A DNA stretch of 64,000 nucleotides from an uncultured Desulfosarcina sp. (GCA_963674945.2 CAXXWQ010000004.1:2176001-2240000), one strand, 5' to 3'. Counted from the first letter of the stretch, positions 1 to 10,519 are shown. The notes: generated by a model not told the origin, from the sequence alone. Translations and numbers: made by a program.

Positions 1-849
1 ATCGCCGAGTTCAGGGAAAAGGACAAGACGGTGAGCGTTCTCTTTCGTATTGACGAGAAGAACAGAAGCGACCTGTCGCATGTCAAGGATCTCAATATCC
101 ACATCGGCAAAGGACGATTCATTCCTTTAGACCAGATCGCCAGGATCGGCTATGAGGCAGAAAAGGGGCTTATCTGGCGCCGTGACCTGAAACCGACGAT
201 CACGCTCCAGGCCAACACGGTTGCCGGTGTTCTGGGAAACGATGCGACCCAAAAGGTTTATGACGATGTCGCTTCGATCCGACATTCTCTCCCCCAAAGG
301 TATAGCATCGATGTCGGCGGGACGCTGGAGAGATCCATAAGGGCGTCAAAATTGTTGATGAAGCCTGTTCCCATCATGATTCTCGTCATCATGACCCTCC
401 TGATGTTCCAGCTGCAGAGCATCTCCAAGATGATCCTGACCCTGCTCACGGCTCCCATGGGGATGATCGGGGCAGTTCTGGCCTTGCTTCTGACAGGACG
501 CCCCAAGGGCTTTGTCGTTCAACTCGGTCTTTTGGCCTTGTTCGGAATTATCATGCGCAACACCGTCATCCTCATCGATCAGATCGACCAGCAGCTGAAA
601 GCGGGACAATCGCTTTGGGACGCCATCATCAACGCCACGACGTTGCGTTTCCGTCCCATCATGCTGACGGCGGCGGCAGCCATTCTGGCTATGGTCCCGA
701 TTTCTTTCAGCCTCTTTTGGGGCCCCATGGCGGTCGCTATCGGCGGCGGGTTGTTCGGAGCGACGGTCCAGACCTTATTGGTCCTGCCGGCGATATACGC
801 AGCGTGGTATAGGGTAAAACCCGAAAGTATGGAAGTATTAACGGCCTAA
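1..849 (+). CDS. RND (AcrB/AcrD/AcrF) efflux permease, C-terminal part; gene starts before the window
   Basis: Hydrophobic TM segments with RND motifs 'GIIMRNTVILIDQI', 'RFRPIMLTAAAAILAMVP', 'GPMAVAIGGGL'. Confidence 0.9.
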   Translation: MAEFREKDKTVSVLFRIDEKNRSDLSHVKDLNIHIGKGRFIPLDQIARIGYEAEKGLIWRRDLKPTITLQANTVAGVLGNDATQKVYDDVASIRHSLPQRYSIDVGGTLERSIRASKLLMKPVPIMILVIMTLLMFQLQSISKMILTLLTAPMGMIGAVLALLLTGRPKGFVVQLGLLALFGIIMRNTVILIDQIDQQLKAGQSLWDAIINATTLRFRPIMLTAAAAILAMVPISFSLFWGPMAVAIGGGLFGATVQTLLVLPAIYAAWYRVKPESMEVLTA

Positions 850-923
850 GATGGGGAGGTGAGTATATGATAACAAAACCGAATGCTAATATTATATTTA
901 TTTCACTTCAGAGGAGAGAGAGA

Positions 924-2228
924 ATGAAACCGGTTTTTATGCTCCAAGTGTTCTTGATCAGTATCGGGCTGTTCCTGTTACCGTTCACTGCTTTTGGGAT
1001 TGATACTGAAACCGAAAAAAAGGCCGATACAGGTACAATCAGCAGTGATATCCCTGAAATGTGCGACGGTTGCCTTCATGTGTTTCTGACAGAAAAGATG
1101 GGATACACGGATAATTTTTACAATTCCGACGCCTACAAGGATGATGATTTCATCATCCTTGGAAATCCGGGCATCTGGTTTATGCTGCCCGGTGAAACCA
1201 AACGTTTGTCAATGTCTCCGACTTCTCCCATCACTCCGGGGGGGGCCATGTATGGGAATTATCGGTCCGGTAACTTTGACCGAATGCAGGCATATCTGTT
1301 CTATAGTCCCGAGTTTGAAAGCTATGGGCATCACACGGAGGAAAATACGATCAACCAGATGGCTGAGGGTCTTTTTAATTACAGGTTTTCCGGAGGACTT
1401 GCCATCGGGGCGAGCAATCAGTTCGTACACGCGTATGATGAGCGGGGGACGGGTGATTTCTATTTTGAAACGAACAAATTCAACACAAATCTTTTGCGGG
1501 TGAACATGAGCTATCCGGTCACCGACAAAACCGATTTACGGATGAAGTATGACCACTATTACGTCGATTATACCGCCGATAGAAATAATTACCGGGATCG
1601 TGCAGATAACGGCGCCACGCTTTCCGTATTCCATAAGCTTTTCGGTGAGACATCGATTTTTGGAGAGTACGAATTTGTTCGGCTTTCTTACGATGAAAGA
1701 AATGAGAACGACAGCGACGAGCATCATTTTTTCGGTGGTATTCAGTGGGATGCATCTGAAAAATCAACCGCAAGCATCAAGGCGGGCTGGCAAATCAAGG
1801 ATTTTGAGGAAACGGATGACCAAGAAGACAATTTTTTCCTGGAAATTCTACTCAACTATGAAATTACGCCCAAGTCATCGATAAATTTGGCGGGAGTCCG
1901 GAGATTGGCGGAAAGCGATACCATCGCAAATAATTATTCATTGTATCACACGGTGAGCGCCACCTATGCGCAAACGATTGCCGATAAAATTTCAGGCAAT
2001 ATTCAAATGTATCTTACGGATAATGAATATAAGAGGTTTGATACAGTAGTATCCGTGGTTGAGGAGAGGGATGATACGTTCTATGGAGTTACCGCATCTC
2101 TTGATTATGCATTTACGACCTGGCTGTCAGCAGGGGTTGAATATTCTTATAAGCAGTGCGACTCCAATTTATCAAATTTTGATTACACTACAAATATTGT
2201 GATGTTTCAACTCGACATCTCTCTTTGA
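924..2228 (+). CDS. Outer-membrane beta-barrel protein (exopolysaccharide-export associated, EpsL/VpsM-like)
   Basis: GAGGAG RBS, signal peptide, Tyr/Asp-rich amphipathic strands, C-terminal 'NIVMFQLDISL' barrel-type ending. Confidence 0.6.
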   Translation: MKPVFMLQVFLISIGLFLLPFTAFGIDTETEKKADTGTISSDIPEMCDGCLHVFLTEKMGYTDNFYNSDAYKDDDFIILGNPGIWFMLPGETKRLSMSPTSPITPGGAMYGNYRSGNFDRMQAYLFYSPEFESYGHHTEENTINQMAEGLFNYRFSGGLAIGASNQFVHAYDERGTGDFYFETNKFNTNLLRVNMSYPVTDKTDLRMKYDHYYVDYTADRNNYRDRADNGATLSVFHKLFGETSIFGEYEFVRLSYDERNENDSDEHHFFGGIQWDASEKSTASIKAGWQIKDFEETDDQEDNFFLEILLNYEITPKSSINLAGVRRLAESDTIANNYSLYHTVSATYAQTIADKISGNIQMYLTDNEYKRFDTVVSVVEERDDTFYGVTASLDYAFTTWLSAGVEYSYKQCDSNLSNFDYTTNIVMFQLDISL

Positions 2229-2311
2229 TCGAATAGGATGCTTAAAAGAGTCGCCGGACGATGCGTTTTGGCCATTTAACAGCGAATTTGTCCGAATTGC
2301 CATCAGGTATT

Positions 2312-2330
2312 CCCCCGGCTTTGCCGGGGG
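2312..2330. repeat. GC-rich hairpin CCCCCGGC-TTT-GCCGGGGG (resembles an IS200/IS605 end hairpin; may act as terminator between convergent genes)
   Basis: Perfect 8-bp stem seen directly, running into a 10-G tract; IS200-end resemblance is from memory. Confidence 0.5.
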
Positions 2331-2396
2331 GGGGGCCTGAGGAAAGGATAAAACGATGATGCAACTATTTCCTCTTTCCTTAACGGATATTCTTAT

Positions 2397-4052
2397 TCAC
2401 TGATTTTCAGCAAGATGATTCATGCCAATATATGAGAAAGTACAACCCGGTCCTAGTGTTGAACCAGGGCCTGGATAGGTCTTTCCCATTACGGAAGCCG
2501 TATTATTACCTGATGCATACAATCCGGCAATGATCGATCCATCTTCACGCAATACCCGAGCAAATTCATCGGTCAGCAAACCACCCTTTGTTCCCAAATC
2601 CCCTGGATAAAATTTTACGGCATAAAAGGGAGGATTTTTAATTGGAGCTAAATTGCTGTTTGGTAACACCCTGTGATCACCGTAATACCGATCATAGATA
2701 TCGGTACCCCTGCCAAAATCGTCATCGATGCCCTGGTACGCGAAACTATTAAATCGCTTGACCGTGTTACACAAATTTTCTTTTTTGATTTTGCACTTAT
2801 CCGCAAGCGCCTCAATGGAATTTGCCTTTACGATTGCGCCCTCTTTGATATATTTTTTCGGTGTAATGCGTGGCGGCAACATATAGAATAAATATTTGTT
2901 TCGGTGGTTTGCATCCATAATCAGCCACGAGGGAACTGCTCCGCCAACTTCGGCTTCACGATCCAACATGGCGCGGCCAAAATCGACATAAGACGTGGAT
3001 TCATTAACATACCGGAAACCTGACATATCGACGAGAATCGCACCGGGAAACGAACGTTCCCAAACAGAAAACATTACGGTATTTTCTATAATGAAAGAAC
3101 CGCCCCACCAGGCTTCATCCATCAGTGCCAGGGCTGCTCCGACGTTCTCACCAGCTTGAATGGCATCACCGGTATTTCCGGGTGATGCAGATGTCCAGTC
3201 TGATCCCACTGGTTGATATTTACGCCTGTATTCATCATTTTGAGGAAAACCGCCGGCTGCCAATAATATCCCTTTTCTGGCCCGGACATTTACAAGCCTT
3301 CCTTCTTTTTCGACCACAATACCGACAGCGCGGCCATCTTCCATAATGATTTCTTTAAGAGGACTTTTTAGCCATACCGGCGTTTTATAATTTGTTTGCA
3401 AAATGTACATGAGTTGACCGACCAAGCTTCTTCCGATTCCAAGCGGCGTCTTTCCACTTAGTTTCCATGAAATCGTTTTTCCAAAGATACTCATTGCACG
3501 TTTGAAACTACACCAGGTTTGCATCACAAGAGGCATATAATGCGCATCGGCTGAGTGCATTGCGATATCAGGCGCTCCTGGCGCAGATGTTAATGACTTT
3601 CTCAACGTTCCGAGTTTTTTTCCATCAAAAACATCACCCTCTATACACCTGCCGGTCTTTGCTCCGGGTACAAGCGGGTAATAATCCGGATATAATTCGG
3701 CCCGTACCCATTGAAATCCTAATTTCGTTAGAAAATTCACCATTTCCGGTGCGTTTTTGACATAGGCTTCTTTTCTTTCTCTTGAACTGGCGGGTCCAAC
3801 ATCTTCAATAACAGCTTCCATATATTGTAATGCCTCTTCAGTTGAATCGAGACAACCGTGTTCTTTCATTAAAAAATTATTTGGTATCCACAGCCCGCCT
3901 CCGGAAAAAGCGCTGGAACCACCCCATTTCTCCAGCTTTTCAATTACCAGTGCTTTCATGCCGTTGTTCTCGGCAGTAATTGCTCCGGTAAGAGCGCTTC
4001 CACCGGTTCCCACCACTACGACATCATAAGTTGAATGCCAGTTCGTTTTCAT
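2397..4052 (-). CDS. 3-ketosteroid-delta1-dehydrogenase family FAD flavoprotein (KstD-like)
   Basis: Rossmann 'VVVGTGGS', 'GGSSAFSGGGLWIPNN', 'YPDY', 'GDLGTKGGL', 'YPGPGSTLG' motifs. Confidence 0.8.
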   Translation of the reverse strand: MKTNWHSTYDVVVVGTGGSALTGAITAENNGMKALVIEKLEKWGGSSAFSGGGLWIPNNFLMKEHGCLDSTEEALQYMEAVIEDVGPASSRERKEAYVKNAPEMVNFLTKLGFQWVRAELYPDYYPLVPGAKTGRCIEGDVFDGKKLGTLRKSLTSAPGAPDIAMHSADAHYMPLVMQTWCSFKRAMSIFGKTISWKLSGKTPLGIGRSLVGQLMYILQTNYKTPVWLKSPLKEIIMEDGRAVGIVVEKEGRLVNVRARKGILLAAGGFPQNDEYRRKYQPVGSDWTSASPGNTGDAIQAGENVGAALALMDEAWWGGSFIIENTVMFSVWERSFPGAILVDMSGFRYVNESTSYVDFGRAMLDREAEVGGAVPSWLIMDANHRNKYLFYMLPPRITPKKYIKEGAIVKANSIEALADKCKIKKENLCNTVKRFNSFAYQGIDDDFGRGTDIYDRYYGDHRVLPNSNLAPIKNPPFYAVKFYPGDLGTKGGLLTDEFARVLREDGSIIAGLYASGNNTASVMGKTYPGPGSTLGPGCTFSYIGMNHLAENQ

Positions 4053-4428
4053 ATTCGCTTCCCAAAGTAGTTCGAGTTAAATTTGTGATGCAACAACAAG
4101 CATTACAGCAAGAAAGATCATCTCGGACTTCCCGCAGTCAGGGAACAACTGCGGGGTGGACAATATTGGATCGACGGCTAAATTATATCAGGGGCTGATA
4201 CAAGCAAATAATATCGTGATACCGTAATTGAGTATCACTTGCCATACGCCCAAGTCAACACAGATTTCTGTATATATTTTATTAAATGGACGAATTATTG
4301 CCATATAACTGCGCGATGTGCCAAATTGTAAATTTAAACTTTATATATTACGACATAGATGGTATGTCCGTGACATAGATCTCCTCCGATCCAAATCTGA
4401 CACATTACAGGAGTCGCAAGCCAAGGTG

Positions 4429-5379
4429 ATGGACAATCGTCAAAAACATCCAATTTTGGACTTGGATGATCGTGATAAAATGCTAACCAAAGAATTGGAG
4501 ATGGATGCCAGGCAGAGCATTCGTGTTCTTTCCCGAAAGCTGGGCGAAAGTGAAGCGACTACCAAAAAGCGACTTTCGAGACTCTTAGATAATGAGGCCA
4601 TTTGTATTATCGCCTTTACAGATCGTTTATCGTTAGGATTGCAGGTTCTGGTGGTGATGGGAATAAATGCTAAACCTGGGGAAGCTGATGAAGTAATGAA
4701 ACAGCTCTTCCCCCACGAGAGGATCCGAAGTATTATTCTGACGACCGGCCGATACGATATCTTGGCCTATGCGGAATTTCAAAACCTCATCGAATTCAGT
4801 TCTTTCTTCGACGAAGAATTGGGCCGCGTCAAAAACATAACAGGTGTTGAAACGATGATGTCTTTGGAAATCCATAAAGCCTCATCACACTATTTGAGTG
4901 ATCACATCAAGCCAATGCGGCAAAGCAATCCTCGGGATCTTGATGATGTCGATACCCGATTGATTAAAGAACTCGAGTTGCACCCCAGGGAAAGTATTTC
5001 CAAATTGGCGAAAAAAATCGGAGTGAATCCCAAGCTGGCAAGCAGAAAAATGCAATCACTTATGGCCGATAATATTGTCCGGGTGATCGGCTTCCCCACA
5101 CCGGCATTTTTCGGCCTTTCGTTGCCAATTTGCATATTCTTGAAACTTCGACCCGGCCAAGTCGGGCTTATCGCAAACAAACTTACTGCCGATAAAAGGA
5201 TCCATTATATTTCTTCGCTCACCGGACGGTTTCAGCTCTTAATAAGTGCGGCTTTTCATGATCTGGACGAACTATCCCATTTTCTTAGAAACAGGTTAGG
5301 CAAACTTCCTGGCGTCGTATCCCATGAAACATTGATTCAAGTCTCACTTGTAAAAGGCCCGCAATCATTGCTATCATAG
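4429..5379 (+). CDS. Lrp/AsnC family regulator with two tandem HTH-RAM repeats
   Basis: Two 'LDDxD..L.KELE' HTH starts and two 'TGRY/FD/Q' RAM domains; divergent from the kstD-like gene. Confidence 0.85.
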   Translation: MDNRQKHPILDLDDRDKMLTKELEMDARQSIRVLSRKLGESEATTKKRLSRLLDNEAICIIAFTDRLSLGLQVLVVMGINAKPGEADEVMKQLFPHERIRSIILTTGRYDILAYAEFQNLIEFSSFFDEELGRVKNITGVETMMSLEIHKASSHYLSDHIKPMRQSNPRDLDDVDTRLIKELELHPRESISKLAKKIGVNPKLASRKMQSLMADNIVRVIGFPTPAFFGLSLPICIFLKLRPGQVGLIANKLTADKRIHYISSLTGRFQLLISAAFHDLDELSHFLRNRLGKLPGVVSHETLIQVSLVKGPQSLLS

Positions 5380-5560
5380 TATATCTGATTCTATTACAGG
5401 GCAGACAGGGCAATGGAATCAGATCCTGTGTTCAGAGAACGGCGTTGTCGATGTGCGGTCCGGCGCAGGGAATGCATAACAATCAATACTGTCAATGCAA
5501 AAAAAAGAAGCCTCTCTGATCGGCCTCGTCCGAAAATAAAGATGATTAAGAAATGGCAAA

Positions 5561-6331
5561 ATGAATGCAGACGATTTTTTTCATCAGATAGAACATATCC
5601 CCACCGATTGGAATCGGTATCGATTACATGTGCCCTTATTCTATGAAGATATCAGGTATCTTGCTGTATTTATGCTGGCACCCATTAAAAACATAAAGCG
5701 GATTTTGCCGTCCAATCGGCTCAAACCTTATCGGATTACACCATGGCATGGTGTGATTACGATTTCCGCTTTTGAATATCGAAAATGCGATATAGGGCCT
5801 TATAACGAAGTTTCCATCGGTGCTCCCGTTACGATTGATGAAGACACACCAATATTTACGGGAATAATTCGGGGTATGCCGAAAGAAACAATGGTCTATT
5901 CCCGCCATCTGCCTGTAACAACGGAATACGCTTGCGACCTCGGTGTCACGTATGCCGGATATCCCAAGTTTTTGGCGGACATCGCATTTACCGAAGAAAG
6001 CAATTGGGTCACATGTGGATTGAAAGCAGATAGCCAAAATATACTCATGTTGCGGGGCCGAAAAATCGATTTACAAATGAATCCAAGAGTCCGTATGCAT
6101 CATATCACCTATCGAAAAGGATATTTGCTACGAAGCGAGATTGTCTTCAGGGAAAGTGAATTTGGCGAATCCAGGAATAAAGAAGATGTTACATTGGATC
6201 TTGGAGAACATCAGATCGCAAGGGAGCTCAAGGAATTGAAGTTGGGAAGAGTATTAGGATATCGCTATTGTCCACGAGCACAGGCCATCCTGACACCGGT
6301 AATAGAAAGTTTCGCAGGGAAACAAAAATAG
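5561..6331 (+). CDS. Acetoacetate decarboxylase (Adc) superfamily protein
   Basis: 'FEYRKCDIGPYNEV', 'HLPVTTE', 'AGYPKFLADI' (Schiff-base Lys motif GxPK). Confidence 0.75.
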   Translation: MNADDFFHQIEHIPTDWNRYRLHVPLFYEDIRYLAVFMLAPIKNIKRILPSNRLKPYRITPWHGVITISAFEYRKCDIGPYNEVSIGAPVTIDEDTPIFTGIIRGMPKETMVYSRHLPVTTEYACDLGVTYAGYPKFLADIAFTEESNWVTCGLKADSQNILMLRGRKIDLQMNPRVRMHHITYRKGYLLRSEIVFRESEFGESRNKEDVTLDLGEHQIARELKELKLGRVLGYRYCPRAQAILTPVIESFAGKQK

Positions 6332-6360
6332 AAAACGAAACGTTCTAAAAGCAAAGAATC

Positions 6361-7470
6361 GTGAATATGTGCGAAGAGTTATATCATATTGCGGACGCAC
6401 TGATTGATAAGTTTAAAAAATTTGATTCTTCTGGTTTACATAAGATTGTTCAGGTATGTGAAGAAATTGGCAGGTCCTGGAGTGGATCTTGTATTGGATA
6501 CCATTCGAGAGTCTACTATAAGGATTTAATTCCGGTTCCGACCGATGCTCATTTTAATAGAGAATGGGGGTTCCTGAACAAAGCCGGAAATGACACAGTT
6601 GGCGATTGGGTCGAATATGATTCTGGCTACATCGTTTCGGTAATCGTTGAAAGGGCCGGTAATATTGATCTTGATGCTTTTGAAAAAACAGCATCCGTTG
6701 AAAAAGATTGTTTTGAAAAATATCGAAACAAACTTCTTACTATCCTGTCGACTGTTCTTGAACGACATGGCGAGAATAAATTCATCATCGATGTAATGGC
6801 TCGGATAAAAAAAGAGAAAATATATGGTGCGTTTGAATTTGCCCAGCAGTTGACATCCATCGATCAACAAATGTCCCGTGATGTGTATGCCGTACAAGCC
6901 GGTGTCCAGATACCGCCTCATATTCTGATGATGGCGAAAGCGAAATCTTTTCTTAGCTCCTCTCATTCATGCGAAAAACTCGGTGAATATGCAAAAAGGT
7001 CCGCTTCCTTTATAGAAAACCTGGGGAAAAACCAAGGAAGGGAAGAAAGGATTGAGGAGAAAATAGTCATTGGGTATGGTCAATCAAAAACATGGAAAGA
7101 CCTAAAAGACTTTTTGCACAATCGATTACAGCTCCCATTGGATGAATTCGACTTTTTGTCTGTCGGTAGTGGAACCAATAGAAAGCGACTTTCCAGAATG
7201 TTGAACGAAGCGGCATTTGCTTTTCTAATAATGACCGCTGAAGATGAAAAGGCTGACACCAGACTGCAGCACCGTATGAATATCGCTCATACAGTCGGAC
7301 TTTTTCAGGGACGGCTTGGCTTTCATAGAGTTATTGTTTTACTCGAAGAAGGGTGTGAAGAATTTTCAAATATAGCAGGAATTGACCAGATAAAATTTCC
7401 GAAATGGAAGATATATGCAATTTTTGAAGATATACGCCAAGTGTTGAAAAGAGAGAATATTATCGGATAA
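6361..7470 (+). CDS. TIR-like nucleotide-binding domain protein (CAP12/Pycsar-effector-type TIR at C-terminus)
   Basis: C-terminal 'AFAFLIMTAED...RMN..H..GLFQGRLGF.R.IVLLEEGCEEFSNI.G' signature. Confidence 0.75.
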   Translation: MNMCEELYHIADALIDKFKKFDSSGLHKIVQVCEEIGRSWSGSCIGYHSRVYYKDLIPVPTDAHFNREWGFLNKAGNDTVGDWVEYDSGYIVSVIVERAGNIDLDAFEKTASVEKDCFEKYRNKLLTILSTVLERHGENKFIIDVMARIKKEKIYGAFEFAQQLTSIDQQMSRDVYAVQAGVQIPPHILMMAKAKSFLSSSHSCEKLGEYAKRSASFIENLGKNQGREERIEEKIVIGYGQSKTWKDLKDFLHNRLQLPLDEFDFLSVGSGTNRKRLSRMLNEAAFAFLIMTAEDEKADTRLQHRMNIAHTVGLFQGRLGFHRVIVLLEEGCEEFSNIAGIDQIKFPKWKIYAIFEDIRQVLKRENIIG

Positions 7471-7499
7471 CAGCAGAATCAACGAAAAGATAATTTCCA

Positions 7500-7680
7500 T
7501 GTCGAGCTTCTCCGCAAGCATCAACTGTCTGGCTTCCCGAAGGCGAAACTGTTTCTGAGACTGTAAAGGGCTTAAAGCGGTCATCGAGCGGAAATGATGA
7601 TGAAAGGTCGATGTGCTCATACCTGCCTTGGTCGCCAGATCGTCGACACGCAACGGCTTGACGGTGGTCGTGTCTAAAGA
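7500..7680 (-). pseudogene. AraC-family regulator remnant (first HTH only)
   Basis: 'LRVDDLATKAGMSTSTFHHHFRSMTALSPLQSQKQFRLREARQLML'; truncated at both ends. Confidence 0.8.
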
Positions 7681-7952
7681 GACATTGATAAGTTGTATTC
7701 AAAACGGATTCTGTGCACCCGGAACCAATCCGAATGATGAATGTGAGGAGAGCCTATGAAACGGTCCTTGATTTTCTTGGGTCTCCTGCAGCGTATCACC
7801 GCCCCTGCCGGTATCGGATATGGCGGCTGTGCAAGAAAAACCCTTATTGGTACAAAAACCGGGTACTCCAGATGCATCGTGATACAAAATTCGCGTCAGG
7901 AAATCGCATCCTGGCACTTAATGCCATGAATCTGGAATTTTCCGGTTTTTTT

Positions 7953-8213
7953 TCAGGAAGATTCGCGGATAAGGTCCGAAAGTTTATTTGTGATGCTTGT
8001 AAGTTTTTCAAATTGAGTGTTAATTTTATCTATCTTACTGTTGCTGGTAGCGCTTTCGGTCATTTCCATTTGCAGCAACTCCAGATATCCGGAAATTGCC
8101 ATGAGGGGCTGTTTCATTTCATGGCAGACCTCTCTCGCCATTTTCAGCACATCCTTTAGCCTTTCGGCCTCTCTATCGAAATTTTGATCCATGACCCTTC
8201 CCAGCATTTGCAT
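7953..8213 (-). CDS. Stand-alone HisKA (dimerisation/phosphoacceptor) small protein
   Basis: H-box 'EVCHEMKQPLMAISGYLELL'; no HATPase domain follows. Confidence 0.6.
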   Translation of the reverse strand: MQMLGRVMDQNFDREAERLKDVLKMAREVCHEMKQPLMAISGYLELLQMEMTESATSNSKIDKINTQFEKLTSITNKLSDLIRESS

Positions 8214-8292
8214 TTACCTGAAATTTTATCGGTTAACAGTGTACGACGCTAAAGGAAAAACTTTCTCATATCTTTTTTTCCTTTGCAACCGC

Positions 8293-8840
8293 CTATGGTG
8301 ATCTTTCCATGAAAACTGACCGGTTTCCCATCAAAATGGACATATATTCGGCTTCAAGCCGGATCATCGGTTGATCTTTCTTTCGCAGCCATTCGCTGAG
8401 CCAGGCAAAACGGATGGCCAATGTCAGATCCGGCAGGATCTTCCAGCTTTCCCGGGAATAGACGCCCGTGCCGTTCAAGCCACGAAGAAGCCGACTCGCA
8501 AAGGGGCCGGAACAGGTTGGCCGGGTCTTCCATCCCCAGACACCCCAACATGTTGGCCAGGTCATAGATTTCCGGCTTTATGCCGGAGAATTCCCAGTCA
8601 ATGACCGCACGGATGGATTTTTCCCCCCAGATCACATTCAGGGGATGAAGGTCTCCATGGCAAAAAGATATGGAATTTTCTCCAGTAAAAAAAGACAACC
8701 GGAATTCGTCTCCACCACCGACCGCCACGTGGTACGCGCGGGACTGCCGGATATGGGAATATCCGGTCGAAAACGAATGAAACGTAAGCCCCACTTGTTT
8801 GAAGCGGTGGCCAGAATCCGCGAGGGATCCCGAAAAAAAG
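8293..8840 (-). pseudogene. APH/homoserine-kinase type II phosphotransferase pseudogene
   Basis: 'CHGDLHPLNVIW' and 'VIDWEF' motifs; protein is spread over three frames (ORFs 8638..8925, 8354..8884, 8293..8565) and too short, implying an internal deletion. Confidence 0.75.
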
Positions 8841-8912
8841 AGCCGGGATCGGGGCTGTTTGTCCGTAATTCGCCCCGATCCCATGCTCTTCCCATGCTTT
8901 TTGCCGAAGAGA

Positions 8913-10519
8913 CTATTTTTTCCAATAGGGATTGATGATGTCTTCGAAGATGGCCAGGGCCGCTTCCGATCCGTACCCTGCGGCGGTGACGATCTGCTTG
9001 AAGCCGCCGGCTACGTCACCGGCCACGTAGATGCCGGGAATATTGGTCCTGAATTGATCGTGCTTGATGTATCCCTCTTCGGTGAGTTCCAGCCCACCTT
9101 TTTTGCAAGGTCGACGGCCGGATCGTAGCCGATGGCGAGGAAAACGCCGTCGGCCGGTTGGGTACCGGTCTGACCGGTGGCATTGTTGAATAAGACCACC
9201 TCGGTAACCCGATTCTCTCCCCGGATCTCCTGGATTTCGGTGTTAAAGAGAATGGGGATGCCATTGTCGATCAGCTGTTTGACCAGAACATCCTGGGCTT
9301 TCAGGCGATCCCGACGATGTACCAGCGTAACTTTCACACCCATGTTGTGCAGGTGAAGGGCCTCTGTTGCGGCGCTGTTTCCGCCACCCACCATAAAGAC
9401 CCGTCTCCCCTTGAACAAGGGGCCGTCACAGGTGGCACAATAGCTGACGCCGCGACCGGAGAACCGCTGTTCCCCCGGCACCCTGAGGTTTCGATGGGTG
9501 GCGCCGGTGGCTAACAGTACGGCCTGGGTCTTGAATTTTCTCCGGGATGTCTGAACGACGTGCGGCTGTCCGGGAATGATATCGACCACTTCTTCGCCGG
9601 GGAATATCTGCACATACTCCAAAGCGTGGGTCACCATGATATCCACCAGGGTCTTGCCCCCAATTTCTTTCATGCCCGGATAGTTCTCCACCACCGGCGT
9701 AAGTGCCACCTGGCCGCCCAAGACGCCCTTTTCCACGACGACCGACGTTAATCCGCTGCGGGCCGCGTAGATACCGGCGGTGAGACCGGCAGGACCGCCG
9801 CCGACGATAACGAGTTGACACTCGACTTCCGCCTCGTCGCTTTCGGGGATGAAGATGGTTTGCTGTTCCATCTTGTCGATGGAAGAGACAAAGAGCTCTT
9901 CGGTCTGGGCGCCCATTGCGGTAAGGATATCGTTGGCAAAGGTCTGGGGGACCGAATGGGCGCCATATTGATCGGCCAGGTCGGCGTTGGCCTGAATGTC
10001 GATGATCGAAAGAGAAATCACATCCGGCCGGGCCACGGCGGCCTTGACGGCGTTTACGGCCTGCTGGGGGCAGTAGGGGCACGAGGCGCTGACGAAAACT
10101 TTGAGGTCGCGGGGTTGGTCGATCCTTTTCAGCACGCCCATGGCGGATTCGTTCAAGTCGCTTTTTCCCGTTCCCACACGCAAGAGCGCCTCCAAAAAGA
10201 TGCGGCCCTCTTCTCCCAAGGGGGCACCGAGCCAGCGGATTTTGTATCGTTCCGGATCAAAGACAAGGGTGGGAGAGTGGTCAATTCCCATTTCACTGGC
10301 CTTTTCATGGCTCAGATCGAATTCCCTCAGCACGATTTTGTCTGTCAATTGCCGGAAGAAACGAAGTGCCTGGCGTGCCGCATCGTTGAATACTTCGTTT
10401 TTCCCGCCCTGGGTAAACAAGAAGACAGGAATTTCCTTTTTCAGACCACTCAAAATGCGGCGCAGTTCCGCTTGCACCTGCCGCATCTGTTCTTCGTCAA
10501 TGTCATGTTCATGACTCAT
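8913..10519 (-). CDS. Thioredoxin-fold (AhpF-NTD/PDO-like, CPYC) fused to thioredoxin reductase; one frameshift near 9100
   Basis: GGGPAG, CATC and GGGNSA motifs; the -1 frame continues 'GLELTEEGYIKHDQFRTNIPGIYVAGDVAGGFKQIVTAAGYGSEAALAIFEDIINPYWKK*' to 8913. Confidence 0.85.

Noticed and set aside
7756..7930. Short + strand ORF MKRSLIFLGLLQ… with GAGGAG RBS
   Set aside because: Sits among remnants and has no recognisable motif; cannot be supported as a gene
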